From: Callorhinchus milii
Lineage: Eukaryota
Direction of reading: 5' to 3'
Assembly (NCBI RefSeq): GCF_018977255.1
Contig: NW_024704742.1
Span: forward strand, 122,700,001-122,764,000
DNA length: 64,000 nucleotides
The notes below the pieces were generated by a model, which was not told where the DNA came from, ran no database searches, and saw only the letters and a list, made by a program, of their open reading frames with translations. The position numbers were made by a program, and so were the translations under genes. Positions 37,230 through 50,689 of this stretch are shown here, piece after piece; within the stretch, counting starts at the first letter, position 1, and the number at the start of each line of letters is the position of its first letter.

Positions 37230-37580
37230 ATAATCATCGTTGCGTTTGATATTGTGTCTTTCACGGTGAGGAGGTCTCAAAATACTTGAGAGGATTTTCG
37301 GTGAAGTGTAGTGACTGTATACTTTGTAGATGAAAACAGCAACTAATTTTGTGCATAGCAATGTTCCAAAAACAGCCATGGAGTGAATGATCAATTTACC
37401 TGGTTGGGTGTTGGTCTGGAGGATATTTCTCGGGCAAAACTCCCTTCTCTTTTCAAGTAGTGGTATGGGATCTTTAACGTCCACCTGAACAGGCAGACAA
37501 GACTCTGTTTCATGTCTAAACCGAAGGACAGCACCTACAATACTTCCCCAGAATTGTATTGGAGTTTCAGTCTAGAGTGC
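37230..37580 (-). mobile_element. Older Deu-domain SINE
   Basis: gggatctttaacgtccacctgaacaggcagac core. Confidence 0.8.
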
Positions 37581-37902
37581 TTTATCACCAGTGCCCAATA
37601 TCCTACAACTCTCCAAATCCTGCAGAAAGAATAATACAATATGAAAAAAGAGTGATTTAATTGTCTTAATGTGATTATTAAGCCACTGCAGGTGATCAAC
37701 ACCAAGGGAATCAATATGCAACCAGCTCCTGCCTTGAGACCTTGTTGCTATTAAGTTCTTGCTGTCATGTTCCAGGCCATCAGAACTGCAAGACAGTCAA
37801 ACTTCTATCACTTCTATAGATAATGTCTTGTTCTAACCGACCTGCTTTAAGGAATAGTGAGGGTTGTGTGTTTATAGCCCATTGAAATTGCCATTGATTG
37901 AA

Positions 37903-38176
37903 ACTCCACCATCAGCAGTTGGGCCTTTAGCGTCTCTGCCCACACCCTTTGAAACTCCATCCCACAATCCCTTCACCTCACATTCTCCATTGTCTCCTTC
38001 AAGGTCTGTCTCAAGACCCTCTTCTTCGGTCACCCTCCTACCCTTAACACCTCCCTGCCCTCCACCCCTGATTCCAACTCTCAGCTCGGGTCCAAATCCC
38101 TGACTGTCCAGCACCTCGGGACATCCTCCTGATGTGAAGGGTTCTATGCAAATGTAATTTGTTGTTATTGTTGTTG
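37903..38176 (+). mobile_element. L2 3' end (type A)
   Basis: ccttcaaggtctgtctcaagaccctc...ggacatcctcctgatgtgaag...(TTG)n. Confidence 0.82.
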
Positions 38177-38863
38177 ATGATCTAACAATTCATCTTATTC
38201 TTGTGCCCTTAGGATATAATGGGATCACTTGAGTTTTCTCTACTTATGGTGGTGCAAATATGATTTAGTGTGAATATGTATTTAGGATTTCCTTGTAATG
38301 CCCTTTTCAATATAGGCAGGTCATACTATAGGTCATATTACATGGTCCAATGCATTTTCAGTGTCAGTGTTTTTTATATAGAATTACATAGAACGTTACA
38401 GCAGGGAAACAAACCATTTGGTGCAACTAGTCCGGTGGTTATACTCCACATGAGCCTCCACCACTTCCTCATACCATCCCCAATCCCCCTCCATTTTCCT
38501 CTCTCTCATGTTGGGCCAAGATTCCTCTGAAATACATTAGGTTTTTTTGCTTCAACCACAGCTTCTGGTGGTGAGTTACTACATTCTCACCATCCTCTAA
38601 ATTTAAGATTGATGATACACTTTGAACTATATCACATGACTGAATGTTCTTCTTCAAATAAGCTTGAAGGAATGTGTTCTATGTCACATCAGGTGCCAGA
38701 TTGGATTACTGAAATCATTTTGAACTGTCCATTATTCATAGTTCATTGGAATTCTGGTCTCTGATGTTCAAAACACTGGAGCTCACCCACAAGAAGCCCA
38801 AACTTTCTCATGGTCTAAAACTGTCTTAAAATTTATGATCATGTAACATTTTGGGTCATTCAC

Positions 38864-38938
38864 AAATTTGGTGTTAATTTGGAAGTCAACTTTTCAAAGT
38901 TACTGCAAAAAGGCGTCTTCCAAATTATGACCAAATTT
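38864..38938. repeat. 75-nt hairpin
   Basis: aaatttggtgttaatttggaagtc pairs with gtcttccaaattatgaccaaattt. Confidence 0.65.
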
Positions 38939-39917
38939 AAGAAGGCGAGAAATGCAATACGTAATATGGTGATCATTGCCACTAGTAAAAATTATCACAT
39001 CACATATAGTACTGCATTCTCCTTCACTCACCCCGACCCTAACTTTAGGTTTGAATTTCAGCAAGTTCCTAAAGACTTTACAGACACAGCACAAGTTCAC
39101 ACTTTCAAGCTTCTAGCACTGAGAGAACAAGAGTCTATTTCATTGAGAATCTCACTGTGATGCCATGGTGCAGACCTCACCCAGCAGAAAAGTCAAGCTT
39201 GCTAGAGAAAGACTGAGACATAATGACGTCAGATGGATCTGACTCATTGATCTCAAGCCGAGGTGCTGATGTGTTCACAGCCTGTGGTTCAAATCAAACA
39301 AACATGCAAACAAACTTTGTCACACACTGTTGAATGCCTTTGTGAAATAATTTCACATCATCTAAATCTTTGGGTTTGCAAAAATCATATCACTTTACTC
39401 AACAAAAACAAAGAAAGGAAGAAAGCAATCGGTAAAAATTAACCCAAGACATGTTAACAATCCTTTGTTTGTGAATCTGAATGAAAATGTAGTAACTAAA
39501 GGGTTGGGATATTGTAATATGTGTCAATGGATTTAGTATAATCTGAACATCCATAGACCACAAAGAACAGAGCACAAAACAGCAGTGATAAGAGAAAAAA
39601 TGTCAAATTCAATTTTTTATTAATATAATAATCCTTCTATTTAATGTAGCGACTTTCATATTGGTAGAATGCCTCAAATTGCATCAAACATTTGTTGTTG
39701 AGTGTACTGACTGTGTATTTTGTAGGCAAGTGTGGCAGCCATTTGCACATAGTAATGTCCCAAACAACCATGAAGCTAAGTGATGGGGTTAATAACTGAT
39801 AGACTATGATCAGCTTAGAGACTCCTCTTTTTGTACATTGATGTTAGTAAAAGGTCACTTGATGGAACAAGTAGGTACGAATGAAGGGGAAGGCTCTTAA
39901 CCCATTCTTTTTGGTAA

Positions 39918-40623
39918 CAACACCAACAGCAACAGCAAAATTACATTTATAGAGCGCCTTTCACATCGGGAGGACATCCCAAAGTACTGAACAGTCAAGT
40001 GTCGGGGCTGGAGCATAGGAGAGGAGTGGTGTAGGGGTGAGGGAAGGCAGAGAGGTGGGAGAGAGACCAAAGGCACGGTCGAAGAGAAGGGTCTTGAGGC
40101 CGGCCTTGAAGGAGGCAAGGGAGGAAGCCGAGGCGAAGGTACTGTGGGATGGAGTTCCTGAACGTGGGGGCAGAGAGGCTGAAAGCCCGGCCACCGATGG
40201 TAGGGCGGGAGACATGGAGCAGGCCAGAGCCTGATGAACGGAGGGAGCAGGCAGGTTGGTAGGGAGTCAGCAGGTCAGATAGGTAGGAGGGGGCAATGCC
40301 ATGGATGGCCTTAAAGGTGAGGACCAGGATCTTGAACTTGATCCTCTAGGGGATGGGGAGCCAGTGGAGTCAGGCGAGGGTGGGAGTGATGGGGTCACGG
40401 AGCCTGGTGCGTAAGAGTACACAAGCTGCAGAGTTTTGGATGATCTGCAGCTTGTGAAGGGAAGAGTTGGGAAGGCCGATGAGGAGGGAGTTCCGTAATC
40501 GAGCCTTGATGTGACGAATGCATGGGTGAGGGTTTCGGCAGCCTGAGGGGTGAAGCAGTAGTGGAGTCTGGCAATGTTGCGGATGTGGTGAATGGCAGTG
40601 CCTGTCATGGCGTGGATGTGGGG
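39918..40623 (-). mobile_element. L2 3' fragment (type A)
   Basis: HIRNIARLHYCFTPQAAETLTHAFVTSRLDYG; FKAGLKTLLFDRAF. Confidence 0.92.
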
Positions 40624-40988
40624 TAACACAAAGAATGGGTTAAAAAAACACTGCAATTAACACAAAGAATAGGGAAGCCTTGGTTAAAAGTCCTCATTTG
40701 GAGTTTCAATCACAATCCAAAGGCCTACATCATAAAGCCGTGTTAGATAAACTCAGTTCCTTGTGTTTTTTTCACTAGCAAGTGGCCAGCTAATGGAGTA
40801 AAGTAGTGGTGGGGGGTGTTGAAGAATTGGGGACCGAGTTGAGCATAGGTAAGAGTTGATTAAGTAACACTGGTGCTGATTAAATAACAGGAACAATTTT
40901 GAGGTGTTTCTTAACATCTTTTCTTTGTGTTAATTAGCATTAGGAATGTGTATCAAGAAACTGCAAATTTTATCCCAGTGTTTTCCCC

Positions 40989-41092
40989 AGGCAATCTCCT
41001 ACATGGCACAACAGAGCCACAGATTCAGCAGGGAGTCGAGTTTCATCAGAGCCAAAGTCTAACACATCTGCGTGCTGTACAGGAGATTGCCT
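40989..41092. mobile_element. MITE-like element with terminal inverted repeats
   Basis: Perfect 12-bp ends aggcaatctcct and aggagattgcct, extending imperfectly to about 25 bp. Confidence 0.55.
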
Positions 41093-42893
41093 TCAACAAA
41101 TGTCAATTACTTTGTGAGTGTTTTTGCTGGTAGCCGTGAAGCAAGAATATCTCTAGACCCCATTTCAGACACTTTTGTGAAGTTTAGGTAATAATATTAC
41201 TGTGTTTGAATATGGTGACTTTCACATCAGGAAAACATTTCAAAGAGCTTCAAGGGATTTTGCTATGAAGTGTAATAGTGACTGTGATTTTGTAAGCGAA
41301 CACAGCATACAAATTGCATACAGCAAAGCCCACAAACAGCCTTGAAGTGATTGGCTTTTAATGAAAGGAAGGACGTTAACCCAACATTAATAGTCCAATG
41401 TTAAAACCGACTGTGCTACATGGGTTTAATTCCCAGAGCTGCTGACGTTCTCAGGCACAAAACTGGTTTGCCACATCTGTCAATACAATTCTGAAGCTGA
41501 ATAATTCAAGAAAGATGGGATCAAACAACACAGTTCTGCATAAGTCAAAATGTCAAACACTTCTTATTTTTTTCACCTCACCAGCTCATTCGTAAACCAT
41601 CAGCTTTGAATAATCATTCGATTAAACACTTGATTAGCAGTATTAGTTTCAGAGGGCTTATTTTAGGATCCTAAAGCTGAACTGCCAAGTTTTGTTTGAA
41701 ATAAGGATGAGTGAGATAGATGCATTGTTGAGATTGGGTAACAATAATTACACATTGTGTTGAACCTACATGAGCAATGATTGACTACACTATTCAGCAG
41801 ACCCCTGTCCTCAACTGCTAGCTCTTGCTATTTCCACTCACTGAAAACAAGCCTGCACCTGCTTCCAATGCTGCAAGCAGTGTTTTCTTTGTATAATCAA
41901 ATCACCCAATTTCCTTCTCTAATGCATGCAACCATTTTTTGCATGTAACAACAGCTTGTCTCAAAATTTCAGACTGCGCAGAATTCTTCAATTCAATATG
42001 AATTTCAAAGCCAGATCATTGTAAGAACGGTGGAAAAATATTTTCCAGATTATGACTGAATTTCCAAAAAGAGAGACAAGTTGCTCCTGGTATCCTGACC
42101 AACAAACCCTCAGAGAAGAAAAACTAGTCATCCACTTCATGACATTGTGGGCCATTGCCACACTCAAATTGACTGCTGCGTTTGACTACAAATACAGTCA
42201 TTTACATTCTGCAACTGATCCTGTGAAGCGCTTTGAGATGGTTTGATGTTACTGGGGTTAATCAAGGATTATTACTGTTAATTAGTGTCTTCAGGTCCTT
42301 TTTTAATTGCTTGATTTTTGAAGTTTGATCTTTGAAGCAAAAATGTGCATAAATGGTTGCATTTTTAACAGGACACTATCCCGTCAGCCCTCTCTCTACT
42401 CTGTCTGAAGCTCCCTGAGTAAATCAGGAAGTATCCTTATCAAAAATGAACAGGAGATGTTTCCCAGTTATAAAATACCAATATAGCAAATGGGTCATGA
42501 AAGGAAACATAGCAGACAAGTGCATGTCCCTGTATCGTTTCTGAAATATGTGAACAGACATTACTGATAAGATTGAAAGGGTCACATTACTCACAGCTAT
42601 GCATGATGCAGTTATAATACCAGATTGAGTACACAACACTGTCATGATGTATAAGTGGGTGTTTGAGACCTTAACAAACAGGACTTCCATTGATGGTTAG
42701 AAAGGAAGTAAATTAGTGCACACAGTGGAGGAACTGAGAAAGCATCACAAGAACAAATTAAAGATACAGTACATCGCCAGCATTAAAAGCACTGGATTCT
42801 AAGACAAATATCCTGGTCCTAAAGTTGCAGTATGCTTAAACATATTTCTGAAGAAATTCTGGCTTGTTAAATGTGGAATGCCTAAAGATCATA

Positions 42894-43207
42894 TAATAAT
42901 AATAATCCTTGCATTTGATATAGCGCTTTTCACGTCGGGAGGACGTCCCAAAGCGCTTCACAGAACACACTGTAAAGTGAATTGACTGTATATTTGTGGG
43001 CGAACGCGGCAGCCAATTGCGCACAGCAATGTCCCACAAACAGTCGTAGATTGAAAATGACCAATTTATTATTGTTTTTCGTTTTGGAGGGATTATTATT
43101 AGGCGTGTGGAGTAAGGAAACTTGCCCAAGGTTTCGCCCTGCCTGGGATTGAACTCAGGTCTCTCGCTTGCAAGGCGAGTGCTCTAACCACTGAGCTACA
43201 GGACTCC
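42894..43207 (-). mobile_element. Young tRNA-derived SINE, short form
   Basis: Intact copy with the CTCCC loop. Confidence 0.96.
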
Positions 43208-44325
43208 ACGAGAAATGAGAAAATTCAATTGGTGAGAGATAATCATAGAATAATTATCCTTGTGGAGGTATTACTCTTCTCAAAGTGCTTCACAATGTCT
43301 TTGTGAAGAGTAGTGGCTGTGTATTTGTAGACAAAAGAGGCAGCCAATTTCCACAGAGGAACATTACACAAACAACCATGAATTGAGTGACCAATTTTAT
43401 CTGAAGGATTGTGGTCTGTGATGGGATGATTACAGGATAACTGGAGATATCCAGGTTAAATCTTGGGAAATTGGGAATGGGAAGAGTGGTCCAGTCTTTC
43501 AATAGCATTTAGTAATGGTTCAGCATTCTCATCAGCTTTTCTTTCCCTAACCAAGGAGGTCAGTTTTGCTTGATCCCAGTATTGGGCTAAATCGCCACAG
43601 ATTATATGAGTGGATGCAGGCTTCAAGCGTGACCCCTGAGAAGTGGCTTATTGTGAATCGCTCAGCAAAAGTAAACAGTAGCGTTTTTGTAGGAACAGGA
43701 AGCAGTTGATGATTTATCACACTGGAATGCTTCGGACAAAGCCTCTTCCTGATAGGAAATTGCTTGGAGATTAACCTGGTCACGAGGTTCCAAATGGCCC
43801 AAAGCTGATTCTAAACAAAGCCCCCACCCCTCCCACTAGTTGAACACTAACAGCAACAGGCTTTTGGCCACTAAATCTTCAACCTTCATAAACAGTTATC
43901 TTGTGGTATATTTTGTTACTTAGCTTTGACACTCGCCAGGAGGGATGATACTATACAGCCACTGCCTGCACTGATCTTTTGCAAAAGTCAACTTTGAGCT
44001 TGTTTATGGTGGCGCTGATGGACAGTCCTGGATCGAAAAAACAACATTGAGCCCTCATTCACTATCATTGCTTTATCTTTATCTTTACTGACCGGCACGT
44101 ATTTTATTTTATGAAGCTTGCAGGTTTTTGGTGCAAATGTTTTAAAACAAATATTTCGTTGGTAATCTAAATGTAGTCTTTTTGATTTTCTTCCCTCCCC
44201 CCCCCCACCCTTCTCTCCTGACGACACTGCCTAGACCAGAGTTAGAGTTCTACACTTGCCATTAGCTCTGCAATACCACATGCCGTGGAAGTAGACAGAG
44301 ACCAAGAAATGGAATTAATAATGTA

Positions 44326-44575
44326 GCCCACAAATATACGGTCAATTCACTTTACAGTATAATCTGTGAAGACCTGTGAGACATTTAGAAGACGTGATAA
44401 CGTGCTATTTCAAATACAAGGATTATTATTATTATAGCCCCTTGTCACATCTTCGAGACATCTCAAAACACTTCACAGAATATACCATAAAGTGAATTGA
44501 ATGTATAGTTTTCGGGGCAAAATGCGGCAGTAAATTGCGCACAGCAGAGTCGCACAAACAGCCGTGGATCAAAGT
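44326..44575. mobile_element. Two SINE 3' fragments joined tail-to-tail
   Basis: Plus-strand copy at 44326-44435 abuts a minus-strand copy at 44436-44575. Confidence 0.85.
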
Positions 44576-45199
44576 AAAAAAAGATAAAGAGCTGCCATAA
44601 ACTATTAAATTATCACAGGAGTTTTAAATGGGCCATATATATTTTAGGACCTTCAATTCTGAAGAGTATCTGTCTTCTGCTCTTCCACTATAGAGACTGT
44701 ATAGTGACAGAACCATTGGTGTGAAAACAATTTCAAAGAATTTGAATAGAATTTTTTTTATCAACTAACACAAGAAAAAAAGTATAATGGACAGCATTAT
44801 TTTGGGCGCTAGTACAATACTTTCAGGGTGATGCCTTAATAATAATAAAAACAGTTTCCTTTAGATAAATCACAATATACCAGTGATATGTTGGGTTTCA
44901 AAGCTAGAGTATAGTTGTTCCACTCAGCCATTTGGTTAACCAGCTTTTAGTGCTGAAGTGTGGATTAGGTTTCTAGTCATTGATTTTGATCCAAGTTCTC
45001 AAGAGACATATTAGAACTGCAGTACTACCCGTGATTATTGAGTCCTGAGAGAACTGCCCTGAGAAAAGTACTTAAAAGGTTAAGTACAAATGTTAACCTA
45101 TGACCTGTGTAAGTGTAAATTGCATTGTCATGTAATTGTCTTGTACTGTACACACCGCCTTCTTGTAAGTTTGAAGACCTTCCTCTTTGACTATGGATA

Positions 45200-45361
45200 T
45201 GGTCACCTCCCTTAACTCCCCAGCTCAGCATTAAGCTCAGCGCCTTGGGATGTCCTCCCGACGTGAAAGGCGCTTTACAAATGCAATTTTGTTGTTGTTG
45301 TTAAGCACTCCTAGAGCCTACCTACGTGAAGTGTGATATATAAATGCAAGTTGTTGTTGTC
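45200..45361 (+). mobile_element. Two tandem L2 3' ends (type A then type B)
   Basis: ...ctcccgacgtgaaaggcgc...(TTG)n followed by ...cctacgtgaagtgtgatatataaatgcaagttgttg. Confidence 0.75.
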
Positions 45362-45483
45362 ATCTCAATGTGAGACAGTATTTAGGCTGTTAGCTATCTG
45401 CAATAGGAGCATTTGTGAGTTCTCCCACTGCTGCTTTGCACGCAAGATGGTATGCAAGAATCTGAAAGGAAAATATTATGTAA

Positions 45484-45828
45484 GAGTCCTGTAGCTCAGT
45501 GGTTAGAGCAATCACCTTGCAAGAGTGAAACCTGGGATCGATTCCAGCAGGGTGAAACGTTGGGATAATTTCCTTACTCCACACATCTCTGTTAACCCAG
45601 GAGTAAGTAGGAACCCGGTTGTTAGTCGATTGGCAGATCGCTTTTCGGGGGGTAATAATTCCTTCAAAAGTAAATAATGAATTGGTCACTTAATACACGA
45701 GTGTTTGTGGGACACTGCTGTGCGCAATTGGCTGCCACATTTTGCCCACAAAATATACAGACAATTCACCTTACAGTATATTCTGTAAAGCGCTTTGAGA
45801 CGTTTTGAAGATGTGATAAAGCGCTATA
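45484..45828 (+). mobile_element. tRNA-derived SINE, long form
   Basis: Extra segment at about 45586-45652; tail truncated. Confidence 0.9.
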
Positions 45829-45829
45829 C

Positions 45830-46840
45830 TCCAATATGTAGCTTTTGGATAATGAATACAGACAATGCTGATGATCGGAAGGGTATTGAATGTGTCACTG
45901 CTTTATGCTCATATTGATCACTGACCATTCGAAGGAGATGTACTCCACTAATGACACATATAAAGAGGTAGAGATGTCAGTCATGCCTGGGCAGGTTGGT
46001 GCCATCACAGTAATATTCCTTGAATTCACCAAGGTTTCCTTAATATTCCACTCTATAGCTTATTCCATGGCTTGGACACAACTTTTGCATCCACTGGATA
46101 TTTTAACCACATCAGGCAAAATTAAATTAACATAACCACATCATTGTATTAATTTCACATCATAATTCTCTTGCTAATTTAGAATCAGATTTACATAATA
46201 AAGTAATGCAACGTCTTAAGATCAAACTCCAATTATTTTATAAATGTGCCACCACACCATTTTTTACACTTTTTTTGTGTCCTTTTTTTTCATATCAGTG
46301 GCGTTCTTGAAACTTGCACTTCATTGACACCAATTGTTTTCATATCAAATTATGTTCTTGTGCAGGATTTTTAATAGGTTCATCCATCTCATTTATGACC
46401 GCTTCCAATGCTCCAGCACATTGTTGCTGTTCTAGATCAATCATATTCAACTGATTCATTTCTGCCTGCAGCTCCTCCTGTTTCTTCTCTACATCTTTGC
46501 TTGTGGCTTCACGTTGAAATTTCCTCATGGCTTCACACCTAGCTTGCAGCTCAGCACTAAGACGCTGCTGAGAGGATTCCAAGGAGGTAATTGTCTGCGA
46601 AACATTGTAAAGGGCATTCAGAAGCTCCGTTTTCTTTAGTTTAGCTGGACAATCTTTTAATTTTCCCAGATTATTTCTACTTTTGGAACTGGCATTCAGC
46701 ACAGGTTGACACTTTTTCATCTTTTCAGCTGTACGACTTCCTTGATGCATATTTGTGTTTCCCTCAAACGGAGCCTTCAGTAAGTGATTGACTAAAGCTG
46801 TAGCTTTCTTTGCTTCTGAATATTTTACTGTTAGTTTCTT
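45830..46840 (-). pseudogene. Degenerate coiled-coil coding fossil, possibly a Gypsy/LTR gag
   Basis: 166 stop-free codons from 46840 to 46343 with heptad E/K/Q-rich composition; the frame continues through TGA stops; no SINE, L2 or CR1 similarity. Confidence 0.45.
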
Positions 46841-48509
46841 TTATTCCTGGATGTATGACTTGTCACTTTTAGGTCACAATACTCCAGTTATATCACAGTG
46901 CTGCTATAATTATTAAGTCACAATGGCATTGTGTCCATTAAGTGTCCATGCTGCTGTCACTATTAAGTCATAGTGTTGCTCTTATGTCCACTTGAAATGC
47001 TTCAAAATTCTCCTTCCTCTACTCCCTACTGTGTGTGCTCCCTATCATTTTCTGCAAAGCACTTTGAAATGTTCATCCCTTCATGAAAGGCGCAATAGAA
47101 ATGGAAATTGTTATTGTATGTTACAGTGCTCTGGGTATGTCACATAATTATGGTATATCAAAGAGTTCTTTTTAATGTGACAGATTTCTTGCCATTGTTA
47201 CATCAGTATTCAGTCAGCTCGCCTGTCAAATTAAATGAGGTAATGCCTACTTGATCTGGAGACTGAACAGTTATAAAAAGCACAAATAGCACATAAATTA
47301 AAACCAACCTAATTTAATTCAGTATCCTGTAACAAATATCAGAAAGGCCGTTTTCAGCGCTTGAAAATGATCCCTGACTATGTGGCAGTGCCCAAGGCCA
47401 TTCAGTCAGGTTCGGGCATGAGTGTTATACAGAAGTCAGAAGTGTATTTTACAATAATAATAATCCTCACATTTGAAATAGTGCCCATCACATCAGGAAG
47501 CTTTCTCAAATCGCTTTATAGGATTTTACTGCAAAGTGTGGTGTAGTGTATTTTGTAGGCGAATGTTGCAGGCGATTTTCACACAGCAGCATCCCACAAA
47601 CAGCCGTGAAGCGAATAACCGATTTTATCATCATCAACATATTTTCACAACATCCTTTTCCATAGGAATGGAATGCGTTTAGGATCTATACTGCAACCTG
47701 TACTGCAAGTAAATTTACAGCCAAATCTTGTGACTTACTGCCTCTGCAGGTTACAAAGCAGACTGCTGACACATAATGCAAAGTGCATTTTTCTTAGGTG
47801 CACGTATACGAGTTTAATAACCTTGTACTTCCCAGCTTGATCTCCCAGTCACACCATAAATCCCTTATGTGTAACTTCCTTAGTTTTAACTTCTGTTTCC
47901 TGGTGAGGAAGAGCCGGTGACCTTGATCACTAGCCACGCTCCTTTGTACGTTGTAGTGTGCACACAGCCCCAAATCTTTGTGGCCTGATTTACAGGGTGT
48001 CATCTCCTGAAAGGCTGATGAGCCTGGGCTGGTGTTCCAGCTGCACAGGAACTGGTGGGCAACATCCCTGCTTGTTGGAATCTGGTCAATGGGGAATAAT
48101 TGAAATGGGAAATGTGGCAGGATGTTTAGTGTAGGAAGTTGAAGGGATACATTGTGAACCTATCAAGCCACAGGCTTATCACCAGAGGCAATGGACGTCA
48201 TTGTGTGTCCAGTGCATTCTTGCGTAAGAGCATTTCTGGAGATGAAATGAAGCAGCATAGAGGAGACTAGTCACTTCATAAACCAGTCTTTATTCAGAGA
48301 AACGGAACACTGAATGCAGCATGTTGTTGAAGTTTCAGGGGTATCAAAGCTTAATTTATACTAATATCTAATCCAATTCTCGACCCTTTATTCTCTACAA
48401 AATGTATTTATTTTTCAGAATACTGAAAATTAAGAAATGTTTGAACTTGATAAATGTAGGCAGCATTTGGTTACAAATATTTACCAAAATTGTCTCGAAG
48501 TTATCATAC

Positions 48510-48705
48510 AATAATTCCTTCAAAAAAATTATTAATAATAAATTGGTCACTTCAATCCACCACTGTTTGTGGGACACTGCTGTGTGCAATTGGCTGCCCA
48601 CAAAATATAGTCAATTCACTTTACAGTATATTCTGTGAAGTGCTTTGAGATATCGCAAATATGTGATAAAGCGCTACATCAAATGTAAGGATTATTATTG
48701 TATTA
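48510..48705 (+). mobile_element. SINE 3' half
   Basis: Body and tail. Confidence 0.85.
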
Positions 48706-48829
48706 TAATATATAATACATTTATAAAGTTACATTTATAAAGTACCTTTCAAGTCGAGAGGACGCATCTCAGCATCTTCATTTCTCAGCACATGCAAAAT
48801 GTGTAAAGCAAAGTGATAAACAAGATAGT

Positions 48830-49130
48830 GGACTTTCCTCTCCTGGTGGGTTTGAAAACAAGGGAACAGAACATTAAAATTTGAGTTTAATAGTTAGAAG
48901 TGATATTAGAAAATATTTCTTCTCACCAAGAGTTTAAGAATGTACAATGGACTACCCCAGAAGACTGCAAAAGCAGAGTCAAAAAGAATATGCTTAAAAG
49001 GGAGATAGCACTTGGAAAGGGTAATAAGGGGAAGGGGGAAAAGGCAGAGGAATGGGATTAAAAGATTTGTCATTATCTAGTAAACTAGCTGAACAGGCTC
49101 AATGAGCTTATGGTCTCTGACGGTTCCTAT
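48830..49130 (+). mobile_element. Old CR1 3' end
   Basis: aaaacaagggaacagaacattaaaatt...tatttcttctcaccaagag, degenerate 3' UTR. Confidence 0.65.
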
Positions 49131-49289
49131 CTCATTGTGATGAAATAAGTTAGTAATAATAAATTACACACGTAGAGCATCAAGGACTCAGCGCCTTGGG
49201 ATGTCCTCCAGATGTGAAAGACGCTATACAAATGTAATCTTGTTGTTGTTGTACATTTACCCATAACCATTGACTAATTTTGCGTGTCA

Positions 49290-49480
49290 TTCCAGCTCAA
49301 TTGGTGGCACACTTGTCTCAGTCAGAAGGTTGTGCATTCAACACCCACATCGGGTCTTTGAATTTATGTAGTCTCGGCTGACACTCTAATGTTGTGCTGG
49401 GGGAGTGCACTGTTCAAGATGCCACCCTTCAGATGAGATGTTAAACCAAGGTTTCATCTGCCTGTTCAGGTGGAAGTTAA
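49290..49480 (+). mobile_element. Older Deu-domain SINE, 5' part
   Basis: cagctcaattggtggc head; gatgccacccttcagatgagatgttaaacc core. Confidence 0.78.
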
Positions 49481-50689
49481 CCATAGATCCATAGAATTAT
49501 AAAGCACAGAAGGAGGCCATTCGGACCATCCTGTCTGTGCCGGCTCCTGAGGTAAAAGTACTATATTAAATGTAAGAATTATTATTGTTGCATATTTTTA
49601 ACTATAAAATTGAAATCAAAGAGATACCAACTATAGTATTGATATTTTTAATGTCAGAACTGTACACACATTTGCAGATAAATTACTAAAATCAGCCCTA
49701 GGTTAAAGCAAACAGATTTTCTTTGGTCAGGATCCAGCGAAGTGGGTCCCACAAGCTGCATCCTCCCAACATCGTGCCACACCTCTTACACTTGGTTGTG
49801 TTCCGCCTCTTACCATTGCATCTAAATCTTGGAAGGAAACCACAGAGGAAACCACTAACTGGCCGGTTACCGTTTGCAAGGATTTCAGATGTCATTCACA
49901 GTTCCAACCCTCAACCCATGCTTCCTGAGTTAACTGTTGGCAGATGCTGGCAGGTATTAGTGTGATTATGCTGGGCAGAGGTATTTCTTCACTGTGGTCT
50001 CTATACTTCACATTTTATGCTGGTGCAAATGTCTATTAGAACCAGCATTTGCTTCCTCCTCTGATCTTTTCCAGGGGTAATAATTCCTTCAAAAAAAGAT
50101 AATAATAAATTGGTTACTTCAATCCACGACTGTTTGTGGGATACTGCTGTGCGCAATTGGCTACCGCAATTCACCCACAAAATATAGTCAATTATAATAA
50201 TAATAAATAATCCTTGCATTTGATATAGCGCAACATTATTATTATCTCTGGCATCAGAAGCTGACAATAGTACTGTTCAAACAAAAATAGTAAAACTGGA
50301 TTATGCAAGAACTGTGCAAAATTAGTCGCCAACAACTGCAACATTATATTATATGTTCTATAACTTCTTTCATGTAGATATGACTTCCCAAATTATTTCA
50401 CTCAATGTACTGGGATCTCTAGCTTTCAGGGGTGAGGAGGGAGTACATGATCTGCTGCCCAGAAAGCGTTGTCTTAAAATTCAAGATGACGTGGAATTTT
50501 AAGTAAGTTTTAAATTCAGTCTCAATTTAGTTAACCGCTAGATCAAATGCAAAGATTATAATTGCCTTAAGCCTAAGAACATGAGAAAGTTCAGGCCTCA
50601 GATTGCAACCTATTCTCAGTTCTATCCTGATATTATATCAGCATTCTGAAGGGCTGAGATTAACATTAAAATAATAGTAATGATACATT

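Noticed and set aside
39224..39231. Full CRE TGACGTCA
   Set aside because: A single 8-mer is expected by chance in 64 kb
43556..43670. Open stretch RLYEWMQASSVTPEKWL
   Set aside because: Weak splice sites; cannot be assigned
49723..49965. Possible exon with two long open frames
   Set aside because: No recognisable peptide and only moderate splice sites
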